A stretch of DNA of 28,049 bases from a virus. Taxonomy: Duplodnaviria; Heunggongvirae; Uroviricota; Caudoviricetes. How positions within the stretch are numbered: position 1 is the first letter of the stretch; each line of letters starts with the position of its first letter. The stretch is taken from the IMG/VR virus record IMGVR_UViG_3300050821_002507; one strand, given 5' to 3'. The translations under genes were made by a program, and so were the position numbers. Below, one piece after another: positions 1 through 8,312 of this stretch. Under the pieces are notes generated by a model. That model searched no databases. It had not been told where the DNA came from and worked only from the letters and a program-made list of their open reading frames with translations.

Positions 1-259
1 TCTCGGACAGAATCTGCGTTCCGCTTGAGTTTCCGGGCAGACTCGTCCAGCCAGAGCCAGACCTGTAGATTATCGTTCCAGAATTTGTCCCATACAGGAA
101 ATCGAACAGCTTACTTACCGTTGACCCGGTTGGGACATTTGTAGAGCCGGTCGGATTCGCGCAAATCTGTCCTGTCGTGAATTGTCCCGTGCAGGCAGCA
201 AATGCCGAGGCCGGGGCAAGTGACAGAATTGCGGCAAAGACAAGAGACCCGATCTTCAT
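1..259 (-). CDS. 5' part of a signal-peptide-bearing, Ser/Thr/Gly-rich phage protein (runs off the left edge; not in the ORF track)
   Basis: ATG at 259-257 overlaps the TAA of 259..738 (TAATG). Manual translation MKIGSLVFAAILSLAPASAFA-ACTGQFTTGQICANPTGSTNVP... stays open to position 2. Confidence 0.8.
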   Translation of the reverse strand, partial: MKIGSLVFAAILSLAPASAFAACTGQFTTGQICANPTGSTNVPTGSTVSKLFDFLYGTNSGTIIYRSGSGWTSLPGNSSGTQILSE

Positions 260-738
260 TATGTTTGGTACCAACTCGCTCCAGTTACAGGGAATGGATT
301 TATCGTCACCCAGCCATATGCGTTGTCTATAACGATGCTTGATTGGCCATCCACAAGTTGACCGCCCGTGAATGTGATCGTTATTTGATTCGTCCCATTA
401 CCAGCATCACCTTTGCCGTCTTTAATGATCACTGGGAACGGGTACGCCATCGCACTCGCAAGAGGAACCACTATCGAAGTCGGAGAACCTATCGTCTTGT
501 CTACGATGATCCTCGTGTCGGTCGATAGCATGTTATATGTCGAACCAGAAGTGATAAGCGTAGTCTCAAGAAACGGGAATGCGGCAAAGAACGATGCAAG
601 AACAGCCGTAGAAACCTGATATGTATTCCCGAGCGCAGCGGTACCAGGAGACACAATCTCCATAACCTCGCCGCCATTTAAGGCTATATTCAGAATATTC
701 TGACTAGTAATTCGTCCATCCAGAGGGATTGCTGCCAT
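259..738 (-). CDS. Phage virion-associated beta-rich protein (tail/fibre-associated)
   Basis: 159 aa. Motif IIKDGKGDAG..QITITFTGGQLVDGQSSIVI recalled from phage structural proteins. Coupled within the late operon. Confidence 0.6.
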   Translation of the reverse strand: MAAIPLDGRITSQNILNIALNGGEVMEIVSPGTAALGNTYQVSTAVLASFFAAFPFLETTLITSGSTYNMLSTDTRIIVDKTIGSPTSIVVPLASAMAYPFPVIIKDGKGDAGNGTNQITITFTGGQLVDGQSSIVIDNAYGWVTINPFPVTGASWYQT

Positions 739-1128
739 TCACGAACTCGTTTCGTATTGTAGAGCGCGAGCAGTCTCGCCGTCCTGCGTGCACCGGATCA
801 TCTGAGGTCCAGCCGCCCATGGCGGTCCTTTTGGATCGGCAAATTGTGTAATCCTAATGGTTTGCTCCTCGTATGCAAAGTTAGGTGTCCTAGCATTAAG
901 GACTGGCATGGGATCTGGTGGCAGGATAATGGTGCGAAATTGCTCATTCGGCACATCTAGACAATTAACCCCCGTGCAAACCAAAAGACCTGTATTGTAT
1001 AATTTTGTACCGGCCCACTCCATCTGCCATTGCAAATCTTGTAACTGGAACCAAAATCCGCAGCGCGAGCACTCACCAAATGCACGAGGATCGTTAGGAT
1101 CAACTTTCGCTCTGCCGTGAGGTCTCAT
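739..1128 (-). CDS. Conserved Cys-rich (CxxC..CxxxxC) phage neck/tail-region protein
   Basis: Start moved to ATG 1128, giving an ATGA overlap with the upstream stop. MRPHGRAKVDPNDPRAFGECSRCGF...LLVCTGVNCLDVP. Confidence 0.7.
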   Translation of the reverse strand: MRPHGRAKVDPNDPRAFGECSRCGFWFQLQDLQWQMEWAGTKLYNTGLLVCTGVNCLDVPNEQFRTIILPPDPMPVLNARTPNFAYEEQTIRITQFADPKGPPWAAGPQMIRCTQDGETARALQYETSS

Positions 1129-2150
1129 TTGGAAATTCTTTGAAACGTGAGCCCGGCACACCTATGCCCGCGATCAATAGCAGCAAAGAGCGAACCCATT
1201 GGTAAATCATAGGCTCTCGCGGCGTTACTTATACTGTCGAACTGATGCCCAGTATCTAAACACACAATAGGCTTCTTAATTTTCTTTTGTCCGCGAGAAA
1301 GGGCCGCCAAAACTTCTCTTTTCTGACTGGCGATCTCATCCTCAGTCCATACCTTCTTTTTAACCGCCTCACGATCTGCGTAACGAAAAGACAGTCCGCT
1401 GTTGGTTTCTCCTCCTCTTTGGCATATTTGAATAACACGCATTTTCTCTATCTCATACGCCGATGCCGCAAGCGTAACGCTTGAATATTCCTTGCTGTCA
1501 GTAATGCACACTACTGGCCGACACTTGTCCTTATTTCTCCTTGCCTCCCAGCCGGCGCGTCTATCGTTCAACGCACTAAGTTGACGGTCAATTTCATCTT
1601 TTGATAGAACCAAATCAGAATATGCAAATGATTTCCCCCCGCACTGAATTTGCCTTCCGTGTAGCATCTCTCCAATGCCTCTTTTACTAATACCGTAGTT
1701 GTCGGCAGCGCTTTTAATGCTCTTAAAAAGAAGACCGTCATTTAGACATACGATAGACCTGAATTTGTGTTCATGGTTGTTGGCTGCATAACATTGCGGA
1801 CTGGGTTTACGCCCCTTAAGCGCCCTGGACGTTTTCTCAAGCCATTCCTTGGTCCGCACAAGACCCACCATACCCTGACCGCCTCTGGTTATGTTATATT
1901 CAGGCCTCAGGAGAGCTATCAGTCTAATTTCCTCTTTCATGAGATCGGTGTAATTCTCTGCGGTTGATATAATCGTCCATTCAAATGCGTCCTCGCCGTA
2001 TTTCCTTATCGCGGCATTAAATACGTGGCATCCCCTGCGCTTACCCTTAGCGTCAGAATAATGCTTAGACCGCCTGACCTTCAGAGCGCGCTTTGTTGCG
2101 CCAATGTAGCGTTTTCCGTTTTTTATATTTGTTGCCATGTAAATAATCAT
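1125..2150 (-). CDS. Free-standing GIY-YIG homing endonuclease with NUMOD3-like and three NUMOD1/IENR1-like DNA-binding repeats
   Basis: N-terminal IIY...RYIG, R, E and N(ITRGG) motifs. Three repeats: SIVCLNDGLLFKSIKSAA, PVVCITDSKEYSSVTLAA, PIVCLDTGHQFDSISNAA. GGAGG RBS 7 nt before ATG 2150. Confidence 0.9.
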   Translation of the reverse strand: MIIYMATNIKNGKRYIGATKRALKVRRSKHYSDAKGKRRGCHVFNAAIRKYGEDAFEWTIISTAENYTDLMKEEIRLIALLRPEYNITRGGQGMVGLVRTKEWLEKTSRALKGRKPSPQCYAANNHEHKFRSIVCLNDGLLFKSIKSAADNYGISKRGIGEMLHGRQIQCGGKSFAYSDLVLSKDEIDRQLSALNDRRAGWEARRNKDKCRPVVCITDSKEYSSVTLAASAYEIEKMRVIQICQRGGETNSGLSFRYADREAVKKKVWTEDEIASQKREVLAALSRGQKKIKKPIVCLDTGHQFDSISNAARAYDLPMGSLFAAIDRGHRCAGLTFQRISK

Positions 2151-2154
2151 TTTG

Positions 2155-2175
2155 TGCCTCCGAATCATTGAGGCA
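2155..2175 (-). promoter_or_regulatory. Hairpin occluding the RBS of the GIY-YIG endonuclease
   Basis: Minus strand TGCCTC-aatgattcg-GAGGCA-caaa-ATG; the 3' arm contains most of the GGAGG SD. Confidence 0.5.
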
Positions 2176-2182
2176 GATACTA

Positions 2183-2863
2183 TTATCTAAAAAATGATGC
2201 GAGTCCAGGGGTAATATACAAACCCACATTCTCTGTATCTTGCTTCATAGCCAACCCAAATGCAATGTCGTAATCTGCCTTGCGCTGCTGTTCCAAGGCA
2301 GGCGCATAGTGCCTTGAAAGTCGATGTGCTAGTCCAGCCGTATATGCATCAAGGAACCTGTACTGAAGATCAGCATTACCTCCCTGACCGGGAACGGCGT
2401 CCTGTATTTGACGGTATCTCCAATATGTAACAACGTATGTATTCGCGCTGTCTGGCGTCGGCCAAAATGTAATTGTCGGGTTCACCGTCCTCAGAAAGAA
2501 GAACGATGTCGGGAACCCTTGCTGTAGAGGAGTCGCTAGTGAGGCATAATCAGTCCGAGAGAACGGCAGAAGTAGCCTATTGCTTCCTCCGGTCGGAGTC
2601 ACATACAGGTCGAGTATCATTATCGTATTTGCCGGAACGTTGTATGTCGCCGTTCCCGATATGAGATTTATGGTCTGCGTATCCTCAAGCCATAATTCCA
2701 ACCCCGAGTTAACCCACTCAGCCTGAAGAAGATTTGCCTCAAGCCTAGCATCAAACATATGCTGGGCCACTATTGATGGCGGCTTAACCTGGATACGAGA
2801 GAACGCATTAAGAAACAGACTACCGAGTTCTGGACCGAAATTATATGTGCCGCTAGTAGTCAT
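2183..2863 (-). CDS. Head-tail adaptor/neck protein (P22 gp4 / T7 gp11-like role inferred)
   Basis: MTTSGTYNF...ARLEANLLQAEWVNSGLELW...GTATYNVP...QQGFPTSFFF...WPTPD pattern recalled from podovirus adaptors. ATGA overlap with the upstream gene. Confidence 0.65.
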   Translation of the reverse strand: MTTSGTYNFGPELGSLFLNAFSRIQVKPPSIVAQHMFDARLEANLLQAEWVNSGLELWLEDTQTINLISGTATYNVPANTIMILDLYVTPTGGSNRLLLPFSRTDYASLATPLQQGFPTSFFFLRTVNPTITFWPTPDSANTYVVTYWRYRQIQDAVPGQGGNADLQYRFLDAYTAGLAHRLSRHYAPALEQQRKADYDIAFGLAMKQDTENVGLYITPGLASFFR

Positions 2864-5037
2864 TGGCAGGTAGTTCCATATCCGGACGGAATCGCATCAG
2901 GTGAAGCAACTTTAGCAGCCAAACTTGAAGTACTGTATGTCATATTGGCGTATCTCACTGCTTCATATTCAGGAGACTGTCCGCGATAAGTGCCGAATTT
3001 CCAATAGTATTGCTGCGTTCCACTGGTCGGTGTCTCTCCTGTAACCCCATTGAAGTTTACCACCTGTATCCCGTTCTGCCATACATGAATCTTTCCCTGC
3101 GCTCCCGTGGGGTCGAAATTAAGTTGTAGAACGTAGTTATACCATACACCCCTCAACTGTTTCCATTCATACGCAACGGTGACTGCTTGATTTGCATCAG
3201 AAACGTATTCAACTCTTCCAATATCTCCTATCTTCGTATTCATATCAAAAGGAGGTGACCCACCACCGGCGGGGTTTATAGTCTGGTGAACCTGTCCATT
3301 AAAGAACCAGTTAGAGGTAAGGGCTGCCCCCGGCTCTATGCACACTGAATAAGACATCCACGCATCTGTTGCGGTAGCGAATTGAGCATTACCGGTAGCC
3401 CCAGTCGATCCATCAAGCTCTACGCGCTCTGAACCTCCAAATGTCCCGATAGTACAATCGTCGTCCACACCACAATTATTGGCATACATATTAAACCGGA
3501 TCATGTTTCCAACACTACCGAATTGAATTGGTCCGGTCACACCACTTGAATTGAGACCGCTTTCAAATCCATAAAGATTCTGTGTCGGCCCTCCAGAAAA
3601 TGCTGGTAGAGTTCCGCCAACCTGAGCAGAGAATCCAGCAGCCTGCGTAAAATTACTCCATCCTGAATCTGGGATCTGATCTGTAATAGACGCATTATTT
3701 GTTTTTTGCGTGGATGACTGGAAAAAATCACTCCCGAGTTTTGAATTGTATAGTTTAATCTCTGTTGTGTATGTGGTTGGTCCCGCTGTAGAGCTACCTA
3801 TATACCACGTCTGAGGAGAAGGCGCAGTACCTCCGCTATATTGCAATGCGCCACCATCGCACACGACAGAAACAGTACCATTTCCCCAAGAAATGCCAAA
3901 TATAGCCGGCAGCGCCATGCTCTGATTCGCAGAAACTAGAGCAACATTACCGCAAATAGAGTATGGCGGAGCGCCGCTACCCTCTCCTCCGTCGTTGAAA
4001 AACATGGCCATCGCAGCATACTGCCAAAGATACCCATTCGATGGAGACCCGGCGAAATACGGGCTCGAAATCTGATGACGGAAATTACCCGCCGCCGCCC
4101 CAGAAGTCGCAAAAACCGCAGTGGCCGCAGAGGCATTCAAAAGCGTAGCGGCCCCATTAGTGAAGCTAACCGCATCTGATTGTCTTGTCGCTATAGTCCC
4201 GCTTGTAAGGATCGGAGACGTGACCCACACCCTTGGTTCTATCTGTCCAAAATCAGCCGCTACAACATCTCCATTTGTCACAATTCGTATGCACAAAGTC
4301 GGATTTATCGTAGTAGCGTCGTAGGTAATAACGAATCTCTGCCAAGAGGCTGAAAGAGAGCCGCTACCTTTTGTAACCGGAGACCAGACTGTCCCAGAGT
4401 GTCCAGGAACAGTCCCCTCCATGGAGATGTCAACTTCTCCGGAGCCGGACACTCGCTTAAGGAACACACTCCCAGTGAACTCAGCGAATGGCGGGTTAGA
4501 CGACGTTACCGATTGACATACCGTTCCGTTACTGGATGTCGCAGTAAGGGTGCTGGCTGCATTAGGAGTATTATCAATTCCAACTGCCGTCTTCGCCACA
4601 GTGACGTTGCTCTTTGTCCACGCAGACTGGGACATATCCCTGGACCACAGGATCGGATTTGTTGTCGCCGCAGTCTCATATAGTAGACCTAAATCTGTAA
4701 CCCTAGCAGTATTGTTTGGAAAGCTAGACCAGTGACCATCACTCCATTGGGCGTATCCACCGTTATTTGTAGCAGAAAGGCAGGCTGTAAGTGTTGTGCA
4801 GTTCTGACCAAGATAAACACCGGAAACAAAATTGAGATCAATGGTCGGAAGAGTCAGGCCGAATAGTTGAGCCACTTGACCCAGGGTGGCCTTGAAATCA
4901 CCACCATTATGCCCAACGGCGACAGAATCCTCAGACGATAAATTTGGCACAGTAGGAAGGCCCGGAATCCCACCAGACTGCCCAAATGCAGGCACAGTCA
5001 ATAGTCCAAGCATTACTAGAAATCTAATTAAGGCCAC
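2860..5037 (-). CDS. Signal-peptide-bearing fibre/receptor-binding protein: phage fibre beta-sandwich domain plus C-terminal polysaccharide-lyase-like jelly-roll domain
   Basis: N-terminus MALIRFLVMLGLLTVPAFG-Q. GLLYE..TN...QIE...TSPILT..TR..D fibre motif. C-terminal ERVEL, NGQVH, GGGSPPF and YWKFGTYR resemble the PF14099-type lyase fold. Confidence 0.65.
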   Translation of the reverse strand: MALIRFLVMLGLLTVPAFGQSGGIPGLPTVPNLSSEDSVAVGHNGGDFKATLGQVAQLFGLTLPTIDLNFVSGVYLGQNCTTLTACLSATNNGGYAQWSDGHWSSFPNNTARVTDLGLLYETAATTNPILWSRDMSQSAWTKSNVTVAKTAVGIDNTPNAASTLTATSSNGTVCQSVTSSNPPFAEFTGSVFLKRVSGSGEVDISMEGTVPGHSGTVWSPVTKGSGSLSASWQRFVITYDATTINPTLCIRIVTNGDVVAADFGQIEPRVWVTSPILTSGTIATRQSDAVSFTNGAATLLNASAATAVFATSGAAAGNFRHQISSPYFAGSPSNGYLWQYAAMAMFFNDGGEGSGAPPYSICGNVALVSANQSMALPAIFGISWGNGTVSVVCDGGALQYSGGTAPSPQTWYIGSSTAGPTTYTTEIKLYNSKLGSDFFQSSTQKTNNASITDQIPDSGWSNFTQAAGFSAQVGGTLPAFSGGPTQNLYGFESGLNSSGVTGPIQFGSVGNMIRFNMYANNCGVDDDCTIGTFGGSERVELDGSTGATGNAQFATATDAWMSYSVCIEPGAALTSNWFFNGQVHQTINPAGGGSPPFDMNTKIGDIGRVEYVSDANQAVTVAYEWKQLRGVWYNYVLQLNFDPTGAQGKIHVWQNGIQVVNFNGVTGETPTSGTQQYYWKFGTYRGQSPEYEAVRYANMTYSTSSLAAKVASPDAIPSGYGTTCQ

Positions 5038-5363
5038 TGTACAACACCAAGATTTACAAAGCCAGAAGTCCAGGCAGTAACAACCAACCTTAAGGCTGAA
5101 ATAGGATACACAATGTTGCTGTATGCGCTTTGCGTAAGGCCATTAAGAACAGAGTGATTGACCCAGTTAGTTATCGCAGCCTGCGGATAATCTCCTGTGA
5201 CTTGTACCGAATATGTTAGAGCCCCAGATACCGTACATATAAGCCCTAGAGACCCTATGGGCTGTTCCGCTAATTGTCCTATCAAAAACGACTGAGAGGT
5301 ATATGGAACTATTGGAGAAGACGACCCGACTCCTCCAAGGGTTGCTCCTATATAAACCTTCAT
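5028..5363 (-). CDS. Small beta-sandwich virion protein, paralogue of the C-terminal domain of 10728..11390
   Basis: Shared GSSS, VSGA.(F/Y)(T/S)VQ.T.D.P, NH and PIS..RL motifs. No signal peptide. Confidence 0.65.
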   Translation of the reverse strand: MKVYIGATLGGVGSSSPIVPYTSQSFLIGQLAEQPIGSLGLICTVSGALTYSVQVTGDYPQAAITNWVNHSVLNGLTQSAYSNIVYPISALRLVVTAWTSGFVNLGVVQWP

Positions 5364-7411
5364 CAGTTGTGCGCCGGATCAGCTAGTGGCGTCGTTTCTA
5401 GCGCAGACAAGTCACTCACCCCGTACTTGGCCGTGCAGTCAGAGCCCTGGGAGCACACCTGCATGTTCCCATAGCGCACGCCAAAGGTCGGGAGGTTGTT
5501 CCCCGTCTCGCGATATATTCCGTACTTCCAGTAGGCCGCGTTGTTCGTCCCGTTGCCGCCGAACAGCGAGGCGCCGGAGTGACTCGCGATCTGCACCATC
5601 GTCCCTTCGGTGACGGTGTCGAGCCACACATTGAACGTGTCATTCGTGCCGCTCGTAGATGTTCCTACCTGATAGACGAAGTGATACCAGCGCCCCCTCG
5701 TGATCGCCACGCCGGTCGTGGCGCTGCTCTGGGTCGCGGTGGTCGCGTTGTTGGTGTAGACGAACCACGTGTCCGACACGCTGTTCGAGTTGGACATCGT
5801 GTTGAAGATGCAGCAGATCCCGCCCGCCACCGTGTGCATCTGGCCGTTGATGTTCCACGACGACGTGTACGCGGTCCCAGGCTCGATGTAGACCGCGTAG
5901 GCGATCCAGAATGTCGTGCCGATCGAGAACTGAGCTGAGCCGCCGGCACCGTCCACCTCGGAGCGATTGGTACCGTCCCATGCATCGGCGAGACCGTTGA
6001 TCTGGAACCGCCAGTTGTCCCCAAGCCGGCCGGCCGCTGTGGAGCCGTTAGTTGCCTGCCACTGCGTATAACTGTTCCACGACGCCTCGGAGTTGTAGGC
6101 GTTGCCGTTGACCGTGATGGCACCGACGCCGGGTGGGTTCGGAGCGAAGCCGCCGAGCTGTATCTGGTTCCAGTTCCATCCGTCTCCGAGTGGGTTCGTG
6201 AGCGCGACCGACGCGGCGGCTCCGGTCGTGATTCCCCAGTAAGATACCTGATTGGCCGAGATGGAATTTCGCGATGTCTGGGTACCCGAGGCAACGAGCG
6301 CCTCCACAAACGTGCCGGGCGTCCCGTTGCCGGCGGCGTCACCCATGACGTACAGGCCGACCGCGTTCGGATAGGTCGGAGTGCCCGACCCGGTGCTCAT
6401 AAACTGCGTGCCGCCGTTCCACCGTAAGATTCCACCGGTCGAGTAATCGAATTGCGTCAGATTTTGCCCGCGCCAGACGCCTCCGAACCCCTCTGCGTTA
6501 CCATTGTTGCTGCCGTTTATGTTGTTTGCGAGAACGTCCGGCGCCGCGTTGTTTGACAGACCCCACCGGGAATCACTGGCCGCGCTCGATGTCGTGGTCG
6601 GGTAGACGACGCTGGCGTAGTTGAAATTTGCTGTCGTAATGTCCTCTCCGAAGGACATCACCATGAACGTTTCAACCGTCGCCGTCTTGTAGGAGGCGCT
6701 GTCGGCGGCCTTGAGGTTGCAGGCAGATAGACACCCGAACAGGCATGGCAGTGACGACCCCTGGCACGTCGGGTAATACCCGAGTTGATCGGCCAATGTA
6801 GCCTGCGATGCGTCGTTGGCCCCGGCTTGATCATACAGCTTCGACGCGCCGCAGTTCGTCAGGAACAAGGTCGCGGCGCCGGCATTGCCGTCGATGCCGA
6901 ATCCGGAGCCGGTAAGCGCGGCGAGATTCGTATTGGCACCAACCGTGATATTGACGCCCTCGCGAAACATAAGCTCGCTGCTCGCGGTCGTCGCCGTAAC
7001 TGAGCTGTTGCCGGCCGCATAGAACACCGGGCTGGGGCCGGCGTTGAACACGTGGATCACGGAACCTGATGGGAAGGCGACCCTGGTTGACGCGGTGACG
7101 ACGCTGAGCGTCGCGGTGCCGCAGAGGCTGGATGAGGCCGTGACATCCGGGTCGCACCCGACGAAGCCAATGTCCAGCGTCGTGCTGTCGGAAGATCGCG
7201 TGAGTTGCACCGCCTTGCCGGCGTAGGCAGCACGGACCTTGCGCAGCGAGTAGGCCACGGTCCACGCGCCGGGCGATGCCGCGAAGGTGTCGAGGACGCC
7301 TGTAGAGCATGATGGAGCCGCACCGCTTGCAGCGCCAGAGAATGGTACAATCTGGGCTCCAGCATTGGGCGGCAGAAATAGAACTGAGAGAGCGATCAAA
7401 AGGCGTAGCAT
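5363..7411 (-). CDS. Signal-peptide-bearing fibre/receptor-binding protein: AbfB-like concanavalin-type domain plus polysaccharide-lyase-like domain
   Basis: MLRLLIALSVLFLPPNAGA-Q. AYSLRKVRAAYAGKAVQLTRSSD..DIGF motif. C-terminal NRSEV, IEPG, NGQMH, RGRWYHF and YWKYGIYR are paralogous to 2860..5037. Confidence 0.65.
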   Translation of the reverse strand: MLRLLIALSVLFLPPNAGAQIVPFSGAASGAAPSCSTGVLDTFAASPGAWTVAYSLRKVRAAYAGKAVQLTRSSDSTTLDIGFVGCDPDVTASSSLCGTATLSVVTASTRVAFPSGSVIHVFNAGPSPVFYAAGNSSVTATTASSELMFREGVNITVGANTNLAALTGSGFGIDGNAGAATLFLTNCGASKLYDQAGANDASQATLADQLGYYPTCQGSSLPCLFGCLSACNLKAADSASYKTATVETFMVMSFGEDITTANFNYASVVYPTTTSSAASDSRWGLSNNAAPDVLANNINGSNNGNAEGFGGVWRGQNLTQFDYSTGGILRWNGGTQFMSTGSGTPTYPNAVGLYVMGDAAGNGTPGTFVEALVASGTQTSRNSISANQVSYWGITTGAAASVALTNPLGDGWNWNQIQLGGFAPNPPGVGAITVNGNAYNSEASWNSYTQWQATNGSTAAGRLGDNWRFQINGLADAWDGTNRSEVDGAGGSAQFSIGTTFWIAYAVYIEPGTAYTSSWNINGQMHTVAGGICCIFNTMSNSNSVSDTWFVYTNNATTATQSSATTGVAITRGRWYHFVYQVGTSTSGTNDTFNVWLDTVTEGTMVQIASHSGASLFGGNGTNNAAYWKYGIYRETGNNLPTFGVRYGNMQVCSQGSDCTAKYGVSDLSALETTPLADPAHN

Positions 7412-8310
7412 CAGCAGTTACCCGTGGTGCACGCGACGATCACGATACCGGAACCACCAGCGCCACCTGTCTGCCCGTTCGATGCGCCGCCGCCGCCGCC
7501 GCCCGTATTAGCGGTTCCTGCGGTTCCCGGTGCCAATCCAGAACCCACGCCAGCGCCGCCGCCGCCCGCACCTCCCGCGCCCCCCGTGCCAGAGCCGTTG
7601 AATGTAGCACCACCGCCGCCCCCAGCGTAAGTGACGGATGAGCCCGTGATTGTATTAGCGGTTCCCGCACCTCCCGCGCCACCGGTCGAGTTGGCCGCAG
7701 CGCCGCCGGCTGAGGTTGCACCACCTCCGCCGCCGCACGGAAATAGCGTCCCGCCTCCCAAGCCAGCGCTACCGTTGCTTCCTTGATTTCCTGTTCCGCC
7801 GGCTTGAGAGCCTCCCGCACTTGCTCCGCCACCACCACCAGAGCCACCGGTCGCCCCGGCGGTATTCAATCCGCCGCCGCCGCCGCCGCCATTGCCCGTG
7901 ATCGAACCAAATACCGAGTTGGACCCGGCAGTACCCGTCCCTGAATTAGTGCTAACCGCTCCCGCGCCGCCGCCACCAACGGTTACTGTGGTGTTTCCGG
8001 ATGACACCGAAAAACTGGCGTTGGTTTGATATCCGCCGGCTCCACCGCCACCGCAGGCCGCACCGGCGCCGCCGCCCACTACCAGCACGTTCGCGGTGAA
8101 TGGGGATGGACAATTGAGCGTTCCGCTCGCCGTGAATGTGATGATCGTGTTGCCGCCCGAGGTCGTGCGCGTCCCGCCCGTGCAAGTTCCACCCCCACTC
8201 ACGGCAGGAGTGCCAAGACCGCCATGCGTTGACGGCACTTGCGCGAGGCATTGGAGCCCCGCAAGCAACAGGCCGCAAGATAACAAGTATCTGATTGCCG
8301 AATATCGCAT
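7411..8310 (-). CDS. Signal-peptide-bearing glycine-rich virion-type protein
   Basis: Start ATG 8310, just after the upstream stop. MRYSAIRYLLSCGLLLAGLQCLA-Q. HTF-like IITFTASGTL, VLVVGGG.G..GGGGAGG and terminal GGSGIVIV match the phage glycine-rich domain pattern. Confidence 0.7.
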   Translation of the reverse strand: MRYSAIRYLLSCGLLLAGLQCLAQVPSTHGGLGTPAVSGGGTCTGGTRTTSGGNTIITFTASGTLNCPSPFTANVLVVGGGAGAACGGGGAGGYQTNASFSVSSGNTTVTVGGGGAGAVSTNSGTGTAGSNSVFGSITGNGGGGGGGLNTAGATGGSGGGGGASAGGSQAGGTGNQGSNGSAGLGGGTLFPCGGGGGATSAGGAAANSTGGAGGAGTANTITGSSVTYAGGGGGATFNGSGTGGAGGAGGGGAGVGSGLAPGTAGTANTGGGGGGASNGQTGGAGGSGIVIVACTTGNC

Positions 8311-8312
8311 GA

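Noticed and set aside
7440-8100. GCC/CCG-rich repeats suggesting a tandem repeat array, collagen or PE-PGRS gene
   Set aside because: Explained by poly-Gly codons of a phage glycine-rich domain; no G-X-Y period or fixed repeat unit.
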